Position numbers and translations under genes: made by a program. DNA of 64,000 nt from Bigelowiella natans CCMP2755 (Eukaryota; Protista; Cercozoa). The notes beneath the pieces are model-generated. The model ran no database searches. It was not told the origin of the DNA and saw nothing but the letters and a program-made list of their open reading frames with translations. How positions within the stretch are numbered: the first letter of the stretch is position 1; every line of letters begins with the position of its first letter. The stretch is from assembly GCA_000320545.1 (NCBI GenBank), contig ADNK01000149.1, positions 186,001 to 250,000 on the forward strand, written 5' to 3'. Shown piece after piece: positions 12,801-28,153 of the stretch.

Positions 12801-15800
12801 TGTTTCCTTTTCTTGTTTCTCCCTTCACAGAGGTTTGTCATCATCTCAAACCCAACCAATAAGGCGCCACCTTCATCTTCCCAAGTCTGCAGAACTTTTT
12901 GCCGCGCACTATAGCTATTAGAGGCAAGATGCATAAGATGTAACTTAGGTTTCTCTTTCTCATCAAGCCAGATATCGAATTCATTGCGCCAATTTTCGAG
13001 AACATTCACCGGAGTAAGCAAAAGTACGTGAGATCCCAACTTATACTTCAGAAATCCATGAACGAAAGTGATTGCTTGGAGAGTTTTGCCGAGTCCCATC
13101 AAGTGGGAAAGAATACACCCGTTGCCTTCATGGCCACTTTTTAATTTGTCCATTGATTCAATGACATTATCCCACATGAAATGAATACCATCTACTTGGT
13201 GTTTCTTTAGTCTTCCAGCAATAATTGGATCAATGTACAGAGGCTCGTAACCCTCGCCGGCATCCCCTTCATGAAGCGCAATTTTAGCATCATTTGATTC
13301 GTTTATTCCGCGAGCTAGTAGCTGCTTTCGGCGTTGTCTTATTCTACGCATTCGGTCCTCCTCTAAGGCTTGAGCTTTCTTAGTTTTCTCATCAAGCTCA
13401 TCGTCTTTCATTATTTTCTTAATGTTCCTTCTTCCTCCCTTTCGCCGCTTTTTCGCTCCTTTGGAAGATTCGTCTGATTTCCTCTTTTTGGCATGATTCT
13501 TCTTCTTAGATTTCTTTCTGAACTTCGACGATTCGAAATCACTGCTATTCGGGTTTTCATCATCGGAACGAAGGTCACACACTTCTCTACCATTGATGAT
13601 CTTAGTCTTCGTTTTCAAACGACGATTTGATTTTCTTTTTTTCTTTTCCTGTTGTCGGCGTTGTCGTCTTCGTTTCTTTAAATCCTAAGAACAAAATTTC
13701 AGATTGCTACAAAATATAGCATAGACAAAAAAATGTTGTACCTTTCGTTGCTTCGAATCATCCGGATAGTATTTATCATTCCAAATATCTTCACTTGGAA
13801 GTGCAAGTAAGTTTGTTCCCAATTCAGCAGATTGGATAATCTCATGCTCCTGGACTTGCTTGGATACTGAACCAGACTCATTGATTCGAGTCTTCTTGAA
13901 TTTAAACTCAACTTCAGAATCAAATTCATCAATTAACAAATTTTTCCCCTTTCCTTTGGACTTGAATCTAAACCAACATTCTGTATCAAATGCTATGCCT
14001 CTGGTGGTTCTAATTTTATTTGGGAATTCAAAGTTAGTTTGAACTCAATATTGATCATAAAATAACTAGGACACACCTGATTGCGCCGAACACACCTTTT
14101 TCTGTACGATCAGCAATTTTGATGATTTTAGCCTCCATTTGAGGAGGCCCATTATAAATAATTTCCTTCCCTAGGAATTTCTGTTGCAGCACACGATTTC
14201 AAGTGACAAACAATATAGAACAAAAAGATTCTTCACCTGAAAATTTTCACTATCTTCGAGTTCAGTTCCGCCATTTGATTGCCGAGCTACGTTGCGGCTG
14301 TTTCTCGGGCCCCGGTTCTCTTTTCCAATCTCGAGACTATCATCGATGAATGAATCATCATAATCCATGTCGTAGTGTTTGTTGTAGTGTTTTTCTTTCT
14401 TTTCTTTTCCTAACGAAGACAAACTCCTCATGCCGCCGGAATCAGCTTTATTGACATTACCCTTTTTGCTATTCAGATTCTCCTTTTTTTTAGTCGCAGT
14501 AGGTCTAGCTATCAGCTCGTGTGTTTTATCCTTAGAAGTGCGGGTCGGTCCCGATCCAAAATTTAACTGCCATTTCTTCTCATCTTTCTCGTCTTTGATT
14601 TTAACTTCCATTTCTTTCTTTCTGTAAATAGAAATACCAAAACTCTGAAGCAACTCAAGGATTATATTTTAACTAGCTTACCTTCTCTGGTAATCTGCAT
14701 TGTAGGCTGCATGCCCATAGCTAGAAACTAAAAAGATAGAAGTTTGACTACACAACAATGGGCAGTGCTTCATTGACCCACCTTTTCCTAGCTTGCCTTC
14801 AGATTCTAACTCGGCTGTGACTCTTTTAAATTCTTCTTGATCGAACTCATCCTCTGCCATTCTAGCCACCACTTGCTCGAAATGCTTGCTTAGGGCAAAT
14901 GCTTGTTCATGCTGTAAGTATAAATGTTATGTGAAATGGAAAAGAAAACATCGTAAATGTGGTTGTAATACCACGCACATCCTGTCAACACATTTGCACG
15001 ACCATTCGCCCTCTGGAACATCCTCCTCAGATATTCCAATACACTGCAAAAAAACTTTTAGAGAAGATGCAAACCCTTCTCACGATTCAGTACCTCGAAG
15101 CAATATGCAGCAGGGCACTTATCACAGAGAATGAGATTTCCAGCCTAGAATAAATGGGGTTACATAAAATATATGTGGAACTGACTCGTGACTAGTAACC
15201 TTCTTGCACAACAAGCAAGTATCCAAATTTTCATCTCCATTCTCAGATTCAATGTCTTCCTCTTCAGACACTATTTCCTCTTCCATCTAATTTTGAAAAA
15301 GTTGTAAAATGTAATGAAAGCATGGTATTGGATCAGAAGTTGCTGGTACATGTTTTTCTTTATCATCGAGATGATCATCTTCTTCATCAAGACGATCCAG
15401 CAGTTCATTCAGCTTTGCAGTCTATCAACACAATGACAGTCAACCACCTTCATTATCGAGATTAAGGGAACTATGCAAAACCTTAATAGGGTCATCGGTG
15501 CACTTCATCATCTCCTCGTCTAGTTTTTCTCTTTCTGCTTGGATTCGTAAACGATCATACCTGATATCCTCCTGAGTTGAGACAGCTGTGAGTGAATGCA
15601 ATCCAAACGGGGTGCTGTAAATTACCTTCGTGCTTTCATTGGTCTCTTTGTCGTCATCCTCCTCTTTCATTAATTCTATTTCCGGCTCATCTTCTTTCTC
15701 TTCCTCCTTTCGATCCTCTGCTATACCAGCTCCTTTTTTTTTTAGCTGGAGCCGTAGCTTTCTAATCATTTGCATCATGCGCAACTCATTTCTTTCCGCT

Positions 15801-15907
15801 CTCAACCGCCTTCGTCTCTCCCATTCGATTTCCGTCATGTGAGATTCACGGACTTGGTCTTCCATTCCCTTCTCCCCTTCGGACTTCGGGGGGGGATCAG
15901 AATCCAT
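9863..15907 (-). CDS. ATRX: ATRX/RAD54L2-like SNF2-family chromatin-remodelling ATPase with N-terminal ADD-type PHD finger
   Basis: ORF 10727-13618 has GCILSHLMGLGKTLQ (motif I), LVILDEGHRIKN (II), LTGTPMQNNLKEY (III), LRLDG, FLISTRAGGIGINL and WNPSHNLQAIYRIYRFGQ. Exons at ~14900-15230 encode CLLCKK..GNLILCDKCPAAYCFECI..GEWSCKCH. Start codon and last exons are approximate. Confidence 0.88.
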
Positions 15908-16140
15908 GGTGCCGCCTTCTTCGCTTCTGTTAACTCCGAGGTCGCACGATTCTAGGGAGGGATATCGACATTTCGAGAGGAATCGGCCTATGTTTTCAAA
16001 CATCTTTGGAATAAGGGCTAAATGCAGCTCCAAAATATAAAGGCGGCACTGCCAATCTGGGTGAATAGAAGCAATTGTTGCCTGACGCTTGCGGCGAATG
16101 ACCTTCTTGGAGCAGTCGTAACGATGATGGGAAATAGCGT

Positions 16141-16150
16141 CGCGCCAAAA
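16141..16150 (-). promoter_or_regulatory. E2F-consensus element (TTTTGGCGCG) in the ATRX/Clu divergent promoter
   Basis: cgcgccaaaa at 16141-16150 is the reverse complement of a TTTSSCGC match, ~230 bp upstream of the proposed ATRX start. Confidence 0.3.
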
Positions 16151-16480
16151 TTGAATACTCGTACCGTAAGAGGAAGAGGTTTTTTCAAAAAAGGGGAAAT
16201 TTGTACAAGTCGTAGATGGGAAGAGCACGAAGGAGATTCGCAAATTCGCAATTACTTGTAAATCTGTTCGTTCCCTATCATTCGAATTTGGTACGAGATC
16301 GTTCGAGTTTCCCTTGTCGTAAGCACATGTTGAGGGACTGGTGAGTTTTAGGGGAATTTGCCACATAATGCAACCGTGCGTTCGAGCTGCTGGGACTAGC
16401 TAACCGTACAGGCTTCTTGCATCCGGTGGGGGGCGAGCACACAATTCTCCAAGCGACCCTCCAACAGATGTCCTCGCTGC

Positions 16481-17621
16481 ATGGGAGAGAAAGGGATGCA
16501 AACGACTGATATCAAGAGGATGCAGGGACACAATCGTGATATGGCTAGTCGATTCCCCAAATCTAACCCCCCGAGGTTCTTTGTGCCTTTCATTTCGACT
16601 ATTTTTCCGAATCTGTTCTGGTGTGACATGGGACAGGGCGGCACGCTATTCGTTGGTATCATTTAGTCATCAGCGAATTTGTCATATTTTGGATTTGGTA
16701 GGCATCCTCCTTTCGTGTATGGAGTACGGCGTAGGGGACCCTCTTCTCGAGAGGGAGGCTCATCATCGCGGAAAGATCAGAAGCATTTTCAGAGGGAGCA
16801 TAATGTGAATGGAGAGGGAAAGCGCCCGAGGCTCACAAGGGCACACACTCAAACGAAAAACATCTGGTTAGGACCTGAAGTGTCGCATGGATCGCATGAT
16901 CTCGACCGACAGACACAGAATTGGGACGACGAGTTTCAGAGTGCTTTGGAGACTGAAAACTGGGAGAAATTGCATCAGGTGGTAGGAAAAATCTGGGAAG
17001 TCCAGCCAAACGATGTGTCTTCGAGAGGAGGGTGACAATTGATACTTTTGTTGTCACGGTGTACATGTAACAGATATCCATTGACTTCGTCGAAACTGCC
17101 ACACTCTACGGGAAAATAGTGATTCTCGAGCAATTTCTCCCCGACTCACAACGAACTATCAAGGTGTGGAGACGAGAGCTTCAAATCTTTGTTGTTTTCA
17201 AATCATGGTCATCTGAACACTTAGGTTGAGAGAGTAGGCGGTTGGGCAGGAGGAACAAAATTTATTGTTCGTGGCATTATGTTTAAGCTAGCGGAAGATG
17301 CTGTGTTACCTGCCGCCCCTCAAGGAGGAAATTTATCATCTTCAGCTTCAATTGGGCCGAGGTATAGTATACTAGCGGTGTTAATTTTAATTATGAGGAA
17401 TGAAAATGCCGTCGTGTGACCTTAGGTATCTTTACGGTGGTTATGGCGGTCCTTGTCACGAATTCGCCGCAAAGAGCGCCAGTCATGAGCTGAAAGGCGC
17501 CAATCATATGTTCCGGTACCGATAAGATAGGATAACGTAGACAGTTGCTTTGGAGTGGAACACTGTCAATTTTGTCACCTGATAACTACGCACAACACGA
17601 TAGCGACGCCAAAACAACACA

Positions 17622-17654
<33 letters not shown>

Positions 17655-18139
17655 CATAACCAACAACCACTAACTTGCTTATTCCCCATTGACTTTTCCC
17701 GGGCTTTATGGTAAAAGCGCTGGGTGGGAGCGGCTTTCGCAACTTCGTCGTTCCCGTTCTATTTCAGATCTCGCTCGGGTTGGCTTGCGTGTACCGATGA
17801 TGGTATGAAGCCACTTACTCGTCCCTTAGCACGCAGATGCGTACTTGTTGGATATTTGTTCTTGTTATTTAATATGTATGATGGTAAATTTGGTCATAGG
17901 TAATGATTGACTATTGTGGATTTCGTGTCACTGCGAGGCCGTGGCTTACTCTTCCATCAGGGTTAGTCTTGCTCTCATTATCATCCATGCACCTTCCTCC
18001 AGCAGAACTCAAAATAGTAACCCTGAACAACAATTTTGTTCTTTGCAGAAGCATGTTGTACGGGTATGACGCGAGGTCACGAAGAATGCAAAGCGCAATA
18101 GGATTCCCGGATGTATGTATGCATGCATGCATGCATGCA

Positions 18140-18202
<63 letters not shown>

Positions 18203-21200
18203 CAGTAAATAAGAACATATTCATAGTACCCATTCGGGGCTTTGAATCAGAAAGAATTTAATAGAAATTCCAGGATTGCCTTAGAATATGTCGCAATGTG
18301 TCCTGAAGACAACCTCAGCTGAATTTCAAAGCCCGGAGAATATTACAAATATTTGATTTTTCCCTGATATGTTTTGGATATAATAGATGAGGACAAGATT
18401 ATCGCCAGCATGCATGTAGTAAATTATGTTATTGACCGACGATATAACCTTTAGGTTCGAGCCTTGTTGAGGGAATGTGCAAAGAAGTTGCATCTATGCG
18501 AACATCTCTCTTTCGGCGAGAAGATATTTACGGGAGGGGATGTGGAGGTTGGTTGTTGCCCATCGAATTGAAAAAAAACCAAAATGTTCTGTGGCAAGTT
18601 ACTTGATCATTTGCCTCAGCAGCAGCTTGCTTTTCTCATCATCTTAAGGTTCATAAGGGGGAACGCGAGCGATTGTATATAGTAGGTAAGGCCACGATCT
18701 TCTGATGTAATACTTGGTCTCTTAGAGATATGAAAACAGAACAATGAATGATAGACGATTCTTCTCCCAAATTGAACGTCCTTCCCGACTACTTCTTTGT
18801 TGTTTTTGCATAAACATTGCTAGACGCAACCCGGACATTTCCTTGTGAGAGTAGCGACATGGCTGACCATCTCATCAGGTAATGAGGCTTGGAAGGGTGG
18901 TAGGTCTCTGTAAAAGAGTGCCTGTAGCAAGAACGACCTTACATGTCAAAATGATTTCTTGTTGAGGGAAGCAAGAATATAGGATGACTTTTATTTTTAT
19001 GTGGGACGATGATAATTACAGGAGGGGGCAACCTGAATTCTTCCGACTTCTGCGTCCCGAGCTGTTGCAAAGACTAAAGGTGTTGTCGGTCGCTTACAGC
19101 ACGATGCTAATCGGCATTGATAATAATAATGATGATACAAATAAAGGAGAAGAAGAAGAAGAAGAAGAAGAAACATAATCTACGTATTCAAAACACTGAC
19201 GACCTTTTCTGACGAGACATATTCTTTTGAGAGATATTCAAAATACTTGTTTTTTTAGTTGTATAGTATGCCTCCTCCTCTTCGTCATCATCATCATCAT
19301 CATCGCTTCCCCTTTTGACAGGCGAAAGGCTTTCCGGCTCTGAATCCGGACGGATTCACAGGATTCAGCAAAGGGTATCAATCAAGCCAGAATATGACTT
19401 CCTAATAACCATCTCTTGTATGTTGACAATACTCAAAGAGAAAAGGGAAATACGAAGCAGTGGTTCCTCATCAAATTGATCTCTTCATCTATTCATCATG
19501 TCGCGGCTTGTTCCCCATAACCCCCCCCCCCCCGCCCCTCTCCCCTTCCTCAATTTCTCAGAGACCCCGCTGTGGTAAAGCACATGGATGACATCGAAAG
19601 AGCCACGGAATCGCTTATTGGGGAGATTATTCCGGAAATAGCAAGGACACTGGACAGGGACGATGGAAAGCTGAGAGGGGTGAGAACGACCAATAAATTC
19701 GGTGGGGAGGCGAAGTGTCATGGCTGTATGCGAGAGATTGGGGACGTCTCCGATTTCTTGAAATCTTCAATTGTACTGAAAAACACTCAAGAATTTGTCG
19801 CTGTGAGATGGTGGCAAGTTACGTCTCGCAGGACGAAAGATCAACCATGTTTTTTTCACTGCCCAACGTTGAATCAAGCATCTTTATACTACCTACGGAT
19901 ATGATGGATTGTAGTCGAATGCCGAGGGGAGGGAGGGGGGGGGGGGGAGAAGAGAGACAGCAGATAGAAGAAGGGCAATGTGCTTGACTCGTGAAACATT
20001 GTGGCAGGTGGTATTTGAAGAACCAGTGTCTGGCTTATTGCATAAGGTAGCAGCAGTCGCTATGATGATAATGGCGATGATGATGATGATAATGATGATG
20101 ATGATGATGACAATGATGATGTGCTACGATTATGATTCATGCAGGAGGGAGTGAACATGCGGCACCTGGGTTTGCTTCGCTTCCACTGTCAAAACCCACA
20201 AATCAGGACGACTCTCCTCATAGAAATGCTCGGTGGTTACTTACTAAAACTAGAGAACCAAACATCTATAAACTGTTGGGTGAGAAGAAAGGGGGATAGG
20301 AAGGAAGGAGGAGGAGGAGGGAGGAAGAATATTGTTATACTGCAGAAAAGCTAATGTTTAACATACCATGCCGAGTCCATTGACAAGGAGATTGCCGATC
20401 ATTGATCGGTGCCTCTGCGGCAAGAAGCTCTTGCACTCTCTCTCTTCTTCTTCTTCTTCTTCTTCTTCTTCTTCTTCTTCCTTGTTCCTTTCTGCTAGTA
20501 GCTGCTGTAACAGAGCCTCAACGATGTAATTAGAGGCAATCCAACAACGTACTAAACACTCCCATCCACTTGGCTTGTGATCAAAAGGCCGCACTTTGAA
20601 GCACATTTTAAGAGCCGAGCTTCGGTAACAATATTCTTGTGCCTTTTGTTTTGAGTTACTATTTCATATTTAACGCTGTTCGATGAGTCACTGTGGTTTT
20701 CTCCTCCTCCTCCTCCATCTCCACCTCCTTGTTCACAATCTTTCGTCCTGTAAGTATGAAAACATATTTTTTACTTGAAAAGGCGGATCGTCAGAAGCTG
20801 GGACCCTTCCCTCGGAATACCGAATGCGGCAACAAATCGTATCAACTTGCATCTCATACGCAACATCGTTGCTCCGATATAAACACATCCGCTCTCCTCG
20901 TTTCCTTGCGTTTCATGATTACATTCCTCAGCTTTCCCGATCTCATCATCATCATCGTCATCATCGTCGTCGTCATCGTCATCGTGTACCCTATTGCTAC
21001 AATCAACAATGCAAAACTACTAGGTGAAAATCCTGAACATAATTATCGGCAATGACGAGGCAGCCTCCCCGGAGCTATGGTCTCGTGTTTACAACGACTT
21101 AATCTCACGCTTTGGAGACGTCGCAGTGGCACCAGTTCCTGTCAGTTTGATGAGAAATGATGACGAGCTACTACATCCCCGTTATTGAGTTGAATCATCA

Positions 21201-22158
21201 TTTTGTGCTCGATGTATCTTTTCTGCAATCCACTGACTCGATTCACTGATTGCTGCTGCTGCTGTTACTACTGCCCAGGGGAGGGGTCTTTCGCGTCAAG
21301 TGAGCGCGCAGACACTAAGCTCAGGGATCGGAGGTAGGTGATACATCTCCGCCCGTGCGAATTAGTAAAAAAAAAGGCACGAGAAGAGCCAAAATATGAT
21401 TTCCTCGAGGATCAGGCATTTCTTTTGATCGCACAGATGGGAATCGCCTCTTCTTAGCGGCCCAAAACCACATGGAACGCGTCTTCAACACTCTCGACAT
21501 TCGGGTGACCCAAGAGTGTAAGAGACGGTATTAATTGTAAATGTAGGACGGACTGTAGGAAGTAGAAGCAGCAAGCTGAAGAGCTTTCACATTTTTTTGG
21601 TCATTTTGAAGGATGGAAAAGAAGAAGCTGTGCGAATGCTATTTATTTACAGCGTCTGCCTTGTTTTTCCTTCTCCTCCTTCTCCTCCTTTCAACAACAA
21701 CAACAACAACTAATTTCATAATCGATGAAGGCTCGAGTTTGGCCCTGAGAGCGTATTCCGATTTAATGTACCTGATCTCTTATCGCCTGGGGTAGTATTC
21801 GTTGTTGCAGTTGTTGTCATCGTAGTAATGGTAGACCCTTTTAATATGCACCATTACTTGATTCCCTTCCCCTTGTATGAGATGAGATAAGTCACCCCAT
21901 TTTCTTCTAACTAATAAAAGGTACGGGTGAAAAAAATGGGTATTCTCGATTTTGCTGACGCACAGGTAAGAGGACATACTCCATTGACATTACATCTTCA
22001 CTCCCACCCCATTCTTCCTCCTATTACCTCTCCCCCTCCACCACCTCCTCCTCCTCCTATTCCTTCTCCACTTTCTTCTTCTTTTTCCGATTCATCTCCT
22101 CCTTACCCTGTCTACGATTTATCAGCTTACTGCAGCCTTTCTTCTTCTTCTTCCTTCG

Positions 22159-22194
<36 letters not shown>

Positions 22195-22906
22195 CGCGCG
22201 CGCGCATGTTGAATGAATAATTGTTGTTGTTGGTGGTGGTCGCTTTCTCGTTAAAAGTTGTTGAGTCTGGTGGCACGGCGCGAGCTGAGGAAGAAAACTC
22301 TCCCTGTGTCCATGGAGATGTTCCGTCTGGCTGGTCAGGTAGTACTTGCTACTTGCTGCTGCTGCTGCTGATAATGATTGAGGATGTTAAACGAAGTGAG
22401 AGAAAGAGCTTTCTCAACTCTCACTGCTTCGCTCCCCTCTCCCCCCCCCCCCCCCCCCCAATCTCTAATTTGTACGAGACAGGCGTTCGATCGCGTTCTC
22501 CAAACACACCCGGAAGACATTCAGGCGCAGAGGGAAAAGAGGTTTGTTGGTGACATGGTCAGCGCTCTCTCGTTCGGTAAGAAGCACACAGATAGTTATG
22601 ATAATAATGATAATGATATAACAATAGTAATAATTACAACAACATGATATTTAACCGCACCATTCGTGAGCAACAACGTCCGATATAGTCGTTATTGTGC
22701 TGCATCGCCCAAATAACTATAACATTCCCCGCGCATACGATAATTTACATATAATACTTTCTGTGTGTATCATCGTGTAGGTCCGCGTAGCTTCAACTCT
22801 GCGTTGGACTTCTCGGCGTTCTTTGGCCTCGAGACTGTCTTTGACGCACTGTACGAACTACCACATAATACATGCAAATATGTGATATATAATTGTCCTA
22901 GCAGCG

Positions 22907-22959
<53 letters not shown>

Positions 22960-24523
22960 ATGTATGATTGAACGATGCAATTGGCGGTGAAGCTAATAGT
23001 AGTTTTCCCTATCGACAGATACCCGTCTGGAAATGTACAGAAACGCGCTGTGGCAGCAGCAGCAGCTCATGCTGCACGTGGGCATGGTTAGAACTACGAC
23101 AACGAAGAAGAAAGAAATAGAGAATGATGGAGATGGGTAGGGGGAGACACACTCGAATCCTATGTACTGAATACCAGTACATAGGATTAGAAAGAGGAGG
23201 AAAGAACAGACCGATGATGACAGAAGCCGACACGCGCATCGTCATCATCATCACCATCAACATCGCTATTGTCATCATCACTATCACCATCATCGTTATA
23301 ATCTCACGACACCGTTGCACGGTAACACATAGGAGCTTTTGACCTCGATGACCAGAATATGGACACCAACAAAAGCAAAGAGGTGATACTACTCGATTCT
23401 ACGAAAACAAACGTCTTGAGAGGGGAGCGTGAAGAACGATAAATCAATCCGAAGCACGCACCTGCGGCAGAAAGCGCTTGTTTTTGTCGTCGTGATCATA
23501 AGCTTGTTTGAGAAGAGTGAATGCTGCTGCGTTGTAGGCCATTCGATCGAGAGAAGTGCCCAAAATGATAATACCGAAAAGGTAGTCTTTGTAACGACCA
23601 CACACGATGAAGATATCGATGATGATCATGAGCGGCGATGTGCGTATGGTGATGTAGTACCTGTGATGGTGCCGTTAAAGAAGCATCAGGGGGGGGAGAA
23701 GGGGGTTAGAGATAGAGCATTCTTGAGAATGCTTTGTGTTGTTTGTGTCGTCGTGGTTGCAGAAGGACGTTGCTGCGCCATACGGAGCTAGATATCAATT
23801 TACTGTGTTACTGGGCGTGCTATAGGAGTCACAACTCTATACTCTCCAGGTTGCTTGCTGCTCTCTTTGTGTTTGTATGTTTGGGGCTGGGATTAACTTG
23901 GGAGGAGGGGGAGGAGGAGGAGGAGGAGGAGGAGGAGCGTTTTTGGTTAAATTATACGGAACACTTCGAAGAGAACATGATGCAGCACGATCGATCGACT
24001 TTGTCGTGATCTTCGTTTTCCGTTGCTACTGCCACTGTTGCTGTCAGGCTATTGTCGATGAAAGCTGATGTTAATGCCCGTTTTGCCCACCACGACGGTA
24101 AAGAGAGTAAGAAGAAGAAGAAGATAAAGAAGAGAGAAAAAGAATAGGAAGAGGAGCTGAAGCTAGATACCCATTTTATGGGCAAACCAATACGAGAGAG
24201 AACCAACAGAACAGAGCAAATAAATAATAGTAGCCGTAGTAAGAAGTAGTAACAACAAAGGTTTTGGTGTAGCCGTGCAATTAGTAGCGAATAGTATCTG
24301 CATGAACGCACGCATGAAGATCTCCATATATTACTCCTTCATATGCTGTACTATCATCGCGACAACACGCAGAGAACTCGCTACTGCACATTGCGGCCTC
24401 TCGCGGCCAGATACGAATGGTTAGATTGCTGCTAGAGCTCAAGGTACCAATACAACAAACAAACAGCAAACGAACGAACGAACAAACGAAGAGGCAAATA
24501 TGTAAATATGTCTATATAACTAT

Positions 24524-24571
<48 letters not shown>

Positions 24572-26001
24572 TACACATATTATGTGGAGAGATAGAGAGA
24601 CAGAGAGCTATTTGCTCTGGCTGCCCCTTTCCGATCCCTGTTGTGCCTCGAATCCACGGTTATTCCATCCTCCTCCTCCTCCTCCTCCTCCTCCTCCTCC
24701 TCCTCGTCCTTCATAAGGCAAATGTGGACACTGAAAATGCTAATGGCGAGAGCCCATTAATGTCGGCCGTATCATTTCCAAAGGTTAGTAAGAAGTCTCA
24801 TCAACAGAGGAGGGAGAGAGAAGGGGAGGGAGAGAACAATATAGAAGAAGAAGACTGGAGGGGGGGGAGAAGCATCTCGTTGGGTGAGAGGAAATGTACA
24901 CGACCATCGCAATCTTTCTCCTTTTCTTCTTCTTCTTCTTCTTCTTCTTCTTTGTCGACGTCTCAGCCTTCTTCGTGACTACAGGTATTTGATACTCTTC
25001 TCCAATCGGCCACCGATTCCGATGTCTCTTTTTTCAAGCGAATTACGACCTTCAAGGATCGGTAAGAAGAGGGGAGGAGAGGGAAGAGAAGGAGGAGGAG
25101 GAGGAGGAGAAGGAGGACAAAAAATAGAAGAAAGAAACAGCGTGTTATTATTACATGGGGCCAACACAAAAAATCAAGAAGTGGCAGTAGCAGTAGCAGT
25201 AGCAGCATGCATTGGTGGTGCAAAACCGGATACACAACTCACCGGCAATATCGATGATTTCCTCAGCACTCTTATAAAGTCCTCACCGTTGTTTCCTTTC
25301 CTCTCCTCCTCGTCCTCCTCCTCCTCCTCCTACTACTACTACTATTCCCCTCTTTCCTGTTCTTTTCCCAGGAATCACAGGTCGTTAATCCATCATGCTG
25401 CGTACCGAGGCTCCTCCACTGTGTTGCGACGAGCCATCAGGCTACTCACACTGCCGAGTTCTAGACGAAAGAGAAGTCGAAGAAAAGCCAGGAGAACAGC
25501 CGCCACAGCGATAAGTGGAGGAGGCGACGGGGGGAATAGCAAAGGAGCTACTACTGCGGCCGAAATGAAGTCGTCCTACATGATGAAAGAGCAGCTTTCA
25601 ACGTCTGCACATGCGCTAGTAGCCGTAAACGATGGCAGTTACCATGCAGGGGGGGGAGGGAATCACCATCACACCTTCGACGACGATGATGAAAAACGCC
25701 CTCGACGTCTGTCAGCAAATGGGAGCTGTAGTAGCCAAGTGAGATCTCGCAGAGGCAGCTCTGGGGAGATGGTTATCACTAGGGCATCGAGAAGCAGCAG
25801 CCATTCGTCGGCGGTAAACTTCATTATTATCATCACGATGATGATGTGTTTTCTATGCAGTCATCTTGCCACACGCTCATGAGCACGATGACAGCACAGT
25901 GAAGATGATGATGAGGAGGATGAAAAGGAGGAGGAGGAGGATGTGCGAAATGATATGATGCATTTCACATTTACTCAGTCACTCGCTCACATGCACAACT
26001 G

Positions 26002-26032
<31 letters not shown>

Positions 26033-26491
26033 CACTACACGTATGATACCTTAATGATGACAATCCTCTACATCGTGAACATCAGACTGCTCGCACTTCC
26101 CCTTTGATCTCCCATGCCGACGGCGACGAGATCAAAGACGTCATGACAGCAACTCCGGCACGCTTGATGCCGAATGACAGCGGCCGCAACAAGACGATGA
26201 TGCACCATTACGATGATGACGTCAACGGTAAGGAAAAGGACGAAGCAAATGCTAGAGGAAGCGGCAATGAACACCCTCAGAATGATGATAGGCGTAGTGG
26301 GTTTATCACGCCCCCCAATTTAGCAAACAGAAATCAACAGCAGCAACAACACGATGATGATGGCGATGGTCATGATCAATATTCATACGCGCTCTCCTCG
26401 CCAGTGATAAAGAAATCTCCAGGTAGCGGTGGTATACTAAGTCCTCATGGTGCTGCCACTGACGTACCTCTTCCGATATCATCACCATCCT

Positions 26492-26528
<37 letters not shown>

Positions 26529-27431
26529 GACGACGAAAGAGTCTCCTCTTCTTCCCCCCCCTTGTGCTTCTCCACCAATGACCCCTCAGCCACAGCACCA
26601 GCGCAGCAGTAGAAATGCTGGCTCGTTGGAAGCTGCCAATGAGGGCTCCCTCGGCGAAACCAAAAACAACAACAATGCTAATGGTGGCAGTAAATCGCCG
26701 GCGGCATTACAGAATAGTAGCAGAATGAAACTAGATGAGACATCAACAACGGCTAGTGCTGCCGCCACCACCACACTGCCGTTTGCTTCCAATAACTCTC
26801 CAGTTCTCGATGAACCAGCGATAGCGGCGGCAAGGGGCACAAGTACTGGGAATATCAGCAGCAGGAGCAAGAGAAGCAACTCCTCTTTGATCGTAGTGAT
26901 GATGCTCTTGGAGACGGATGTTAATGGAATGTCGCCTTTGGATGCAGCGGTTCTCTCCTCGTGGCGCTGACGTTGATGATGTTGTTGTTGTTGATGATGA
27001 TGATGACGATGATGGTGGTGGTGGTAGTAGTAGTGATTGTTATTTATGAAGTCTTCTTTCATTTGTTGCTGCCCTCCTCCGTGATGACATACGATTTAAT
27101 TTCTTCTTCATTATCTTCGGCTACTATTATTACTGCTACTTTGAGTCTATTCTTCACTCTTATTGTCCAAAAATATAAAGATATCTTCAATCTCCACTCT
27201 GTCTTTTCCTCATTTGTCTTCCTCCTTCCCGTTTGCACCTCCCCCCTCCTTCAAGATTGCATCAGGGAATCCCCAAAACGTACAGCTCATATGCAACGCG
27301 CTCGTGGATTCCTTTTCAAAAGGAAACATGCCCGACGTCAGTTGAGCTCAAAGGAGGGGGGGGGATGGAAATCTCCTGTTGTTGTTTCAGAATAATTCTC
27401 ATATTTTCCATCCATTTGCATAAGATCTTCT

Positions 27432-27464
<33 letters not shown>

Positions 27465-28118
27465 GGTAGTGCTACTAGCAGCATAATTACTTAGTTCTTT
27501 CCCTTCCTCCCTCTTTCTTAGGGTATTCACTCTGAGAGAGTACGCAAACTCATTCGATCTTCTCTCGGTAAAGCAATCGTTGGTGTTGTTGTGATGATGA
27601 TGGTGATAGTGGAGGTGGGGGCGGAGGCGATTGCCAGTAACACAAGTGCGAATATATACACACGCACACGCACACGCACACGCACACGCACACGCACATG
27701 CACATGCACACACACACGCACATGCACACGCACACGCACACGCACACGCACACACAATATTTTGTCTGTGAAATGATTCAGTGTTGTCGATTCCATCCCC
27801 TTCATTATTCAGGCATGGCATTGGAGAGGGCAGCTCAGGAATATCACGTCCGTCTCCCCCCCCCCCCCCCTCCCGTTTGTTTTCGATGGATACCAGAAGA
27901 GCACTGAGCCAAAATATGAACAATCTCCGAAACACATGATTCCCACAACTAACGATGCCCCCCCCTCCCCCTCTCCCCCGCCGTTCCCCGGTTGGTGGTG
28001 GCGTTCCTTCCTACTTGCATCAGGCTGCTGCACAAATGGCAAACGCAATTATAGAGCTCGGTAGTAGGGAGAAGCACCTAATATTCAATCGCCAGTTGTT
28101 TAGTTCATGATAGAACAC

Positions 28119-28153
<35 letters not shown>

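Noticed and set aside
15908-16366. N-terminal ~150 codons of ORF 15440-16366 as ATRX coding sequence
   Set aside because: The composition is unlike the charged downstream protein and the segment overlaps the divergent promoter region. It is probably UTR or promoter, although an upstream ATG at 16003 is not excluded.
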